From the NCBI GenBank assembly GCA_040752415.1, contig JBFMGU010000199.1, positions 1-19,985 on the forward strand: a stretch of DNA of 19,985 nucleotides. The letters run 5' to 3'. The position numbers and the translations under genes are program-made. The notes under the pieces are model-generated. The model ran no database searches. It saw only the letters and a list, made by a program, of their open reading frames with translations, and was not told the DNA's origin. This document shows positions 17,001 to 19,985 of the stretch, piece after piece; the stretch's first letter is position 1, and each line of letters begins with the position of its first letter. The DNA comes from Myxococcota bacterium (GTDB lineage Bacteria; Myxococcota; JACRCW01).

Positions 17001-18235
17001 GGTGCCGGGGCGGCAGCATCCAGCGAGCATTCGAAGGTGCAGCCGGCTTCCGAACAATCAAACTCCACGTTCCACGTTGTCACGTTGGTGGCGGCGGGCG
17101 GACCGCTGATGAGCAAGGTGTCCGGCAACTCCAGATCCACCACCCACACCACCGTCTCAGGGGAGGAACGGTTGCCCACGGCGTCCACCGCCACCACCGT
17201 CACCGTGTGTTCACCCGCGGTCAGTGCCGTCAGCGCCAGCGGTGAAACGCAGGTGGCCTCCGCTCCGCCGTCGACCGTGCAGAGGTAGGTGCAACCCGCC
17301 TCGTCGCAGGTGAACGCCACGGTGTCGTCCTGCTGCCCGGAGGGGTTGGTGGGTGTCTGGGTCAGCGTGACGGAGGGCGGCGACGCGTCCACTTCCCACG
17401 TGAACGAGGCAGGCGAGGGGTCCGCCAGTCCATCCTGCGACACGGCGCGGACGGTGAAGTCGTGAATCCCGCTGGAAAGTGCGTCCACGGTGTGCGGGGA
17501 GCCACAGAGGGTGAAGACCTGGCCGTCCAGTGAGCACTCAAACAGGCACGGGCCCGGTGCGCACGTGAATTCAAACGTCGCGGTCTGCTCTCGCGTGGGG
17601 TCCTGGGGAACCGTTGTCAGTTGGGTGTCCGGCACCACCACTCCGCCCGAGCTGCTGGAGGAGCTGGAGGAGGATGAGCTGGTGGAGCTTGAGGACGACG
17701 AGCTGCTGGAGCTGGCCGACGAAGAAGTCTGGGAGCTGGAGGAGCTGGTCACCTCGGCAGAGCTGCTGGTCCCGTTGGCGCCGGAGGAGGTGCTCCCCGA
17801 CGAGCTGCTGGCAGATGACGTGACGTTGCCCGACGAGGTTCCGGAATTCCCGCTTGAGGAGGTCCCTTGCGCGGAAGACGTGGTGCCCTGGGCGGAAGAA
17901 GTGCTGCTGTCGCTGGCGGAGCCCGTGGACGACGACGTGGAAGAGCCCGATGTCTGACCCGACGAGCTGCTGGTGGCGCTTCCCGAGGACGTGGAGCTTC
18001 CGCCGGTGCTGCTGGACGCGGAGGATGTGCTTGACGCGGAGACCGAGGTTGACGCGGAGCCGCTGGAGGACGACGTCGACGAAGAGGACGAAGACGATAG
18101 GCTGTTGGCGGCATCCCCGGCGTCTGGGACGACTGGGTCCGGAGTTGTTGTGAAACCAGGAGCCAGAAGCTCACAGCCCCACAGGTTGAAAACCGTCCAG
18201 GCAACCACAATGAGACGAAGCCCCGAGCGCGGCAT
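8906..18235 (-). CDS. Giant surface lipoprotein/adhesin (3109 aa): lipobox, Ser-rich linker, 26 Ig-like repeats and a C-terminal RCC1-like double beta-propeller
   Basis: GAGGGAGG before ATG 18235. Signal sequence MPRSGLRLIVVAWTVFNLWG-C. Single uninterrupted ORF. Repeat units were counted by hand. Confidence 0.9.
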   Translation of the reverse strand: MPRSGLRLIVVAWTVFNLWGCELLAPGFTTTPDPVVPDAGDAANSLSSSSSSSTSSSSGSASTSVSASSTSSASSSTGGSSTSSGSATSSSSGQTSGSSTSSSTGSASDSSTSSAQGTTSSAQGTSSSGNSGTSSGNVTSSASSSSGSTSSGANGTSSSAEVTSSSSSQTSSSASSSSSSSSSSTSSSSSSSSSSSGGVVVPDTQLTTVPQDPTREQTATFEFTCAPGPCLFECSLDGQVFTLCGSPHTVDALSSGIHDFTVRAVSQDGLADPSPASFTWEVDASPPSVTLTQTPTNPSGQQDDTVAFTCDEAGCTYLCTVDGGAEATCVSPLALTALTAGEHTVTVVAVDAVGNRSSPETVVWVVDLELPDTLLISGPPAATNVTTWNVEFDCSEAGCTFECSLDAAAPAPCTSPQTLRDLEDGQHVFEVYALDQTGNVDPSPLQVTFTVDTVGPGVTVTSGPSNPVGSSTAQFTFTCSEDPCGFECNLDGAGFTACTSPQAYGNVVDGNHAFQVRATDAAGNVSGLADHSWRVDTDAPNVAFVSAPQDPNGFDTAVFAFTCDEAPCTLECRLDSGAFELCVSPHSVSGLSQGPHLFEVRATDEAGNPDPSPAQHAWNVDLQVPDTLITVFPPTPDNHTSVSVEFTCSKSGCTFRCSLDGAAPADCISPQNLTALADGEHVFTVAATDSVGNADTTPAEYRWFVDTARPETSIASGPPALTNATAASFTFSCDEGSCSFECSLDLGAFSACTSPKSYSGLSEGEHTFEVRATDAATNTDATAALHTWTIDRTPPNTSITSGPLDPTNLDSAAFTFSSSETSSFECSLDGAAFAPCSSPASYSALPGGSHNFLVRAVDVAGNIDGSPASFTWNIDRVPPDTSVSTHPLNPTNQGAANFTFTSTETGSAFECQLDNGGFSSCASPRSYTVTEGAHTFEVRAIDPAGNPDPSPASFSWVVDQSPPDTSITAQPNNPTNLSTASFTFSATEGGGTFECQLDGTGFTACTSPRNFAGLSASSHTFQVRAIDPAGNTDASAATFTWVIDQTPPDTSITAQPNNPTNQTAATFSFTSTEGGTFECDLDGGGFAACTSPRTYSGLSESTHVFSVRATDPAGNTDASAATFTWVVDRTPPDTSITAQPNNPTNQTSATLSFSATETGSTFECDLDGGGFSSCTAPRSYSGLSVGSHTFSVRGTDPAGNTDASPATFTWVIDQTPPDTNITAQPNNPTNLSSASFSFSATETGSTFECQLDGGGFTTCASPRDFTGLSATSHTFQVRAIDPAGNTDASAATFTWVIDQSPPDTSITAQPNNPTNQTSATFSFTSTEGGTFECDLDGGGFAACTSPRTYSGLSESTHVFSVRATDPAGNTDASAATFTWVVDRTPPDTSITAQPNNPTNQTSASFSFSATETGSSFECDLDGTGFSSCTAPRSYSGLSVGSHTFSVRGTDPAGNTDASPATFTWVIDQTPPDTNITAQPNNPTNLTSASFSFSATETGSTFECQLDGGGFSACTSPRTFSGLSAASHAFEVRATDPAGNVDTSPASYTWVIDQSPPDTNITGQPNNPTNQTSATFTFTSTETGSSFECELDAGGFTPCASPRDFTGLGESTHTFRVRATDPAGNTDTSAASFTWTVDRTPPDTNITAQPNNPTNQTSASFTFTATETGSTFECELDGGGFSTCSSPHAFSGLSESTHTFRVRATDPAGNTDAADATFTWVIDTTPPSTTISGTPADPTNQTSATFTFDASETGCTFECQLDAAGFGPCTSPITFTSLPAGSHMFDVRATDPVGNTDLVMASFSWVIDLTPPETTLIEQPGNPTNITNANFGFTSNEGGSTFECELDFGGFFTCSNPRLYGGLSEATHNFRVRATDSVGNVDPTPAVYSWVVDLTPPDTVMDSTPAHPTNATAATFAFHATEVGSTFDCRLDAATFAPCSSPHTLAGLSDGSHVFHVRAVDPAGNPDTTESTFSWTIDTAGPVITINDGPQDPTSVNLAVFLFSADEGVSGYECAFDAGGFTVCDSGQTYNNISEGTHTFQVRATDTLGNQGSPTSYTWRTDYTAPTVTIDSAPNNPTNSTAPSFQFTCSESGCSFMCRLDSGSFASCTSPTSYSGQTAGSHTFRVYATDAVGLSGVETVYTWTIDLTAPNTAIVSGPTNPTNDTTPTITFNSPDDPTATFECCYNNCPITGPYTPCTSPYQITEGNTVEGFNRLRVRAVDPAGNVDATPTSSAWTQDTIAPVTQITVTPPSSSTSTSSTFNFRAVSGETCNATCQIDGGSPYTCTSGAAIYLLDGFHTFSVYCTDSAGNVDVTPETYSWTIDTTPPVTTITSAPAKVSSDTNISISFVCSEAACTFQCSLDGASFSTCTSPYTATVTAASHSFQVRATDAFGTVSAFDTKHTWTNPFNVAALGKGSLATQTCVTSDTGAVKCWGGTPSEPVMPETATQVAKGLYHQCALGTSGKVYCWGTGNRGALGLGNYNSQTNPQEVTALTALGTATAVSTGYEHSCARLSTGVVYCWGDNTSGQLGNGTFTASNTPVQVSSLTNADTVTVGGFHTCARRSDGTAACWGEGGSGQLGNSAGTDSNVPVTVATLTAVDQISAGGSHTCAHDTANGGKVFCWGSNFYMQLGQGAGNTNPQYSPAEVTGVGAATYVTAGFSHTCAILSNGDISCFGSNGYGQLGDGSTTSSGVPLTVSGLSNVVEIVAGYDFTIARTASSVRAWGQNSGGQMGNGYFGSSYVPAPVAGSAGAAGADLSCGSQHCCFASGGNVYCSGENSAGALGQNFTDARRAVPVQVSGLSNVVKVSVGVSHSCALTSGGAMYCWGSGIYGQLGDGQGTNSATPVQPNGLSSGVVDISCGQNHTCAVLSSGDVKCWGQDTNHQLGNGGTTVDVLAADAFLAGVLNISGAVGVSAGYAHTCAWTSSGAVKCWGLNTSGQLGTNDTFNWSNAQTATGLTSGYTHVSAGFDHTCATDGVNIKCWGGNTYRQLGVGSTNSTVLTPASVLTFPDGVLDLSAFALGTCMTTLAHDTYCWGYGETGNLGYGGSVNRSFPTPVTTNLVFDQLGHGQGAPGGIDTDFNVATWGYDSSGATGTGRGFSVTPSSILGLP
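11018..17632 (-). repeat. 26 tandem Cys-containing Ig-like repeats of ~85 aa in the giant protein
   Basis: Consensus PDT.IT..P.NPTN.TSA.F.F...E.G..FEC.LDG..F..C.SP..Y.GL..G.HTF.VRA.D.AGN.D...A.FTW.ID.TP. Confidence 0.9.
13710..15185. repeat. Recent 762-bp (three-domain) tandem duplication inside the adhesin gene
   Basis: 13710-14423 is nearly identical to 14472-15185. Shadow ORFs in the track recur at the same 762-nt offset (13950/14712, 13986/14748). Confidence 0.9.
17648..18103 (-). repeat. Ser/Thr/Gly-rich low-complexity linker (~150 aa)
   Basis: Poly-Ser tracts (SSSSSSSTSSSSGS...SSSSSSSSSSGG) between the lipobox and the first Ig-like repeat. Confidence 0.9.
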
Positions 18236-18368
18236 GCAGCCCTCCCTCAAGTTGGCAGAGCCTAGGCCCAACAACCTCCAAGCTGAAAGGCCGGAGCTCC
18301 CGCGCCCTCAGTTCGCCGGAGTGTGAGCAACGTCAACGCATTCTTTGCCGCGCCATGCCTTCGGTCTT

Positions 18369-18531
18369 CTCGTCCTCATCACGGCTTCTCTGGCGACAGA
18401 CTTCCAGGACGCAACGGCCGCCCCCAATAGCGCGCGGCGACACGCTCGACGAAGGGCCGGAACCCGTCGTTGCGCAGCGTACCCAGGTTCCATCCGTCGC
18501 TGCCGTTGGAGAACAGCCACACCACGGTCCC
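18369..18531 (-). repeat. Direct repeat copy B (163 bp): 3' end of the intact gene plus 10 nt of trailer
   Basis: Matches 8707-8869 at an offset of 9662 bp. Confidence 0.9.
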
Positions 18532-18876
18532 GTTGTTTCCGGTGGCGGACATGCGGAACTCGTGGTCACGCGACTTCGCGCGGATGCGGACGTAGCAGGT
18601 CCACACCCCGGAAGGGTGGTTGGGCGACATGCGAGTTGCCGACGTCAGAAGCCGCAGGAGCTCAGCGCGTTCCTCCTCGGTGAGCTCCACCCTGTCACCC
18701 GAGGAGGAGATTTCCAGCGTGATGCTGATGACATCACCGGGCCGGAGCGCGCGCAGCTCAGCCTGGTAGTTGCGGCTGGCCACCTCCAACGCAAGCAGCC
18801 CGCCCGCGGCCAGGACGAGAAACGCGATCAAGGGCTTGGGAAAAGGGCGCCGCGGGGATCGTTCGGAATGAGGCAC
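18379..18876 (-). CDS. Hypothetical protein with an N-terminal membrane anchor (~165 aa; start uncertain)
   Basis: RRPFPKPLIAFLVLAAGGLLAL, then a globular-looking domain (ELTEEERAELLRLL...SPNHP...WTCYVRI...GWNLGTLRNDG). Possible starts are GTG 18876 or 18909. The track's extension to 19521 overlaps a better gene on the other strand. Confidence 0.6.
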   Translation of the reverse strand: MPHSERSPRRPFPKPLIAFLVLAAGGLLALEVASRNYQAELRALRPGDVISITLEISSSGDRVELTEEERAELLRLLTSATRMSPNHPSGVWTCYVRIRAKSRDHEFRMSATGNNGTVVWLFSNGSDGWNLGTLRNDGFRPFVERVAARYWGRPLRPGSLSPEKP

Positions 18877-19020
18877 GGGATGAGCGTAACAGGGACGTGA
18901 TTCGTTCACCTGGCTCGGGACCTGTGTTCGATCGTGATTCCAATGACCTCGGCACCTGCGTTCGGCCCCGCCCCAATCCGTCCGCGTATGGCGACGCCTG
19001 AGCCAAGGTCGCGTTGCTGT

Positions 19021-19068
19021 CTGCAACCAGGTCGCAGTCTGCCGGTCCAAGATGCAACACTGTCGCAT
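19021..19068. promoter_or_regulatory. Two imperfect 7-3-7 palindromes; Fur-family (Zur-like) operator candidates
   Basis: CTGCAAC-CAG-GTCGCAG (19021-19037) and ATGCAAC-ACT-GTCGCAT (19052-19068). Each is one mismatch from a perfect palindrome. A TTGACG -35-like hexamer follows at 19074. Confidence 0.6.
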
Positions 19069-19110
19069 TAACGTTGACGCAGGGTCCGTGTCAGGGTAGG
19101 CGTTGCCACC

Positions 19111-19536
19111 GTGAAGCCGATGGTGGGAGCCAGCCGCAAGTCGTCCCGCAAGCGCACGTGCTGCGTGACGCGGCTGTCCCTGCTGTTGGCTCTCTGTCTG
19201 TTGGGCCAACTGCTGGCAGGCAGTGTTCACCACTTCGCGTTCACTCACGCCATCTGCCCGGAGCACGGCGAGCTCGTCCACGTCAGCGCCGCGGAATCGG
19301 TCGCACAGGCGCCATCCGCGGCGGATGCAATTGCTCGCTCCTCTGACGGTGAGACGGAACCCGACGAACACTGCACGGTGCTGGCGTCCACGCGCCCCAC
19401 GGGCTCCCTGGCGCCGCTTGTGGAGACGGTGCGGGTCTGGAACGCGCTCCCGGCATGCGTCAGCGTCGTCGCGGCGTCTTCTCACCACGCTCTCTGCGTC
19501 CTGGACGTGGCGCCCAAGCAATCACCCACCGCCTGA
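19111..19536 (+). CDS. Small secreted His/Cys-rich protein upstream of a TonB-type gene (DUF2946-like leader candidate)
   Basis: Basic N-terminus plus a hydrophobic signal (LSLLLALCLLGQLLAG), then HHFAFTHAICPEHGELVH, DEHC, and the C-terminus LDVAPKQSPTA. Start is GTG 19111 or ATG 19120. Confidence 0.7.
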   Translation: MKPMVGASRKSSRKRTCCVTRLSLLLALCLLGQLLAGSVHHFAFTHAICPEHGELVHVSAAESVAQAPSAADAIARSSDGETEPDEHCTVLASTRPTGSLAPLVETVRVWNALPACVSVVAASSHHALCVLDVAPKQSPTA

Positions 19537-19558
19537 CCCCGTCGTGCTTGATGGCGAA

Positions 19559-19646
19559 GGGATGACGCGGCGCACCCGCCGGGGTGGCCGTGGCGTCCTC
19601 CCGTGTGTCCTCGAAAGCCGTGGGGTCCCAGCGTCTCGATGCTGGG
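19559..19646 (+). promoter_or_regulatory. Structured intercistronic region (two hairpins) abutting the ribosome-binding site of the TonB-type gene
   Basis: GGGATGACGC (19559-68) pairs with GCGTCCTCCC (19593-602) with one mismatch, around an inner CACCC-GCCG-GGGTG stem. CCCAGCGT-CTCG-ATGCTGGG (19627-46) ends just before GGAG (19648-51). Confidence 0.45.
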
Positions 19647-19658
19647 CGGAGTGGTGCC

Positions 19659-19985
19659 ATGCCGATGGGCGTGCGCGCGCGGAAGTGGGTCCGCGCCGCG
19701 GTGACATGCTTGCTTTCGCTCGTTCCGTGCCTGGTGCGGGCCGACGAGGTTGTGCCTCCACGCCTGCTGGAGCGGCCTGAACCCGTCTATCCCGAAGCGG
19801 AGCGCGCCCGTCGTGCGGATGCGCGCGTCGTGCTGTTGCTGACGGTGGGAGAGGACGGCTCCGTCCGCGAGGTGGAGGTTGTGGAGTCCGGCGGCGCGTC
19901 CTTTGACCAGGCGGCCGTGGAGGCGGTGAAACGCTGGCGGTTCGAGCCCGCGCGCCTCGACGGCAACGCGACCGCGGTGCGCATC
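19659..19985 (+). CDS. Signal peptide plus TonB C-terminal domain; probably the N-terminus of a myxobacterial-type TonB-dependent receptor (truncated by the window)
   Basis: Not in the ORF track. GGAG at 19648, then MPMGVRARKWVRAAVTCLLSLVPCLVRA-DEVVPPRLLERPEPVYPEAERARRADARVVLLLTVGEDGSVREVEVVESGGASFDQAAVEAVKRWRFEPARLDGNATAVRI, a typical TonB_C pattern. Confidence 0.85.
   Translation, partial: MPMGVRARKWVRAAVTCLLSLVPCLVRADEVVPPRLLERPEPVYPEAERARRADARVVLLLTVGEDGSVREVEVVESGGASFDQAAVEAVKRWRFEPARLDGNATAVRI

Noticed and set aside
17490..18326. Asp/Glu/Leu-rich plus-strand ORFs
   Set aside because: They are the antisense reading of the poly-Ser linker.
8707..18531. The 163-bp repeat pair as a diversity-generating retroelement TR/VR
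   Set aside because: The mismatches are not confined to adenines of one copy on either strand, and there is no reverse transcriptase in the window.
18900..19658. Cobalamin riboswitch upstream of the TonB-type gene
   Set aside because: No recognisable GGGAA...GCCCCCGCAACTGT/B12-box pattern. An Infernal/Rfam scan would settle it.

Overview
A very GC-rich window that looks myxobacterial (Myxococcota). This is inferred from the gene families, not from a marker gene. Left part, mostly minus strand: a secreted TPR protein running off the window, a lid-less Hsp70 paralogue, an APC-fold permease with KUP/KimA-like K+ motifs and a USP-like tail, a frameshifted corA-like gene and a DUF4019-like secreted protein. 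Divergent from these is an outer-membrane beta-barrel porin. The middle holds the most unusual element: a ~313-bp non-coding array (7383-7695) of CCRGC motifs with a ~21.4-bp period and dyad symmetry. It has 7 forward units, a central inverted pair and 7 inverted units, and lies just upstream of a 285-aa helical hypothetical protein with an internal repeat. Next is a 3109-aa lipoprotein adhesin (Ser-rich linker, 26 Ig-like repeats, 14 RCC1-like repeats). It is bracketed by a 163-bp, 92%-identical direct repeat that corresponds to the 3' end of the neighbouring gene. At the right end are two Zur/Fur-like palindromes, a His/Cys-rich secreted leader ORF ending APKQSPTA, a structured intergenic region and the start of a TonB-C-domain protein, probably a TonB-dependent receptor.
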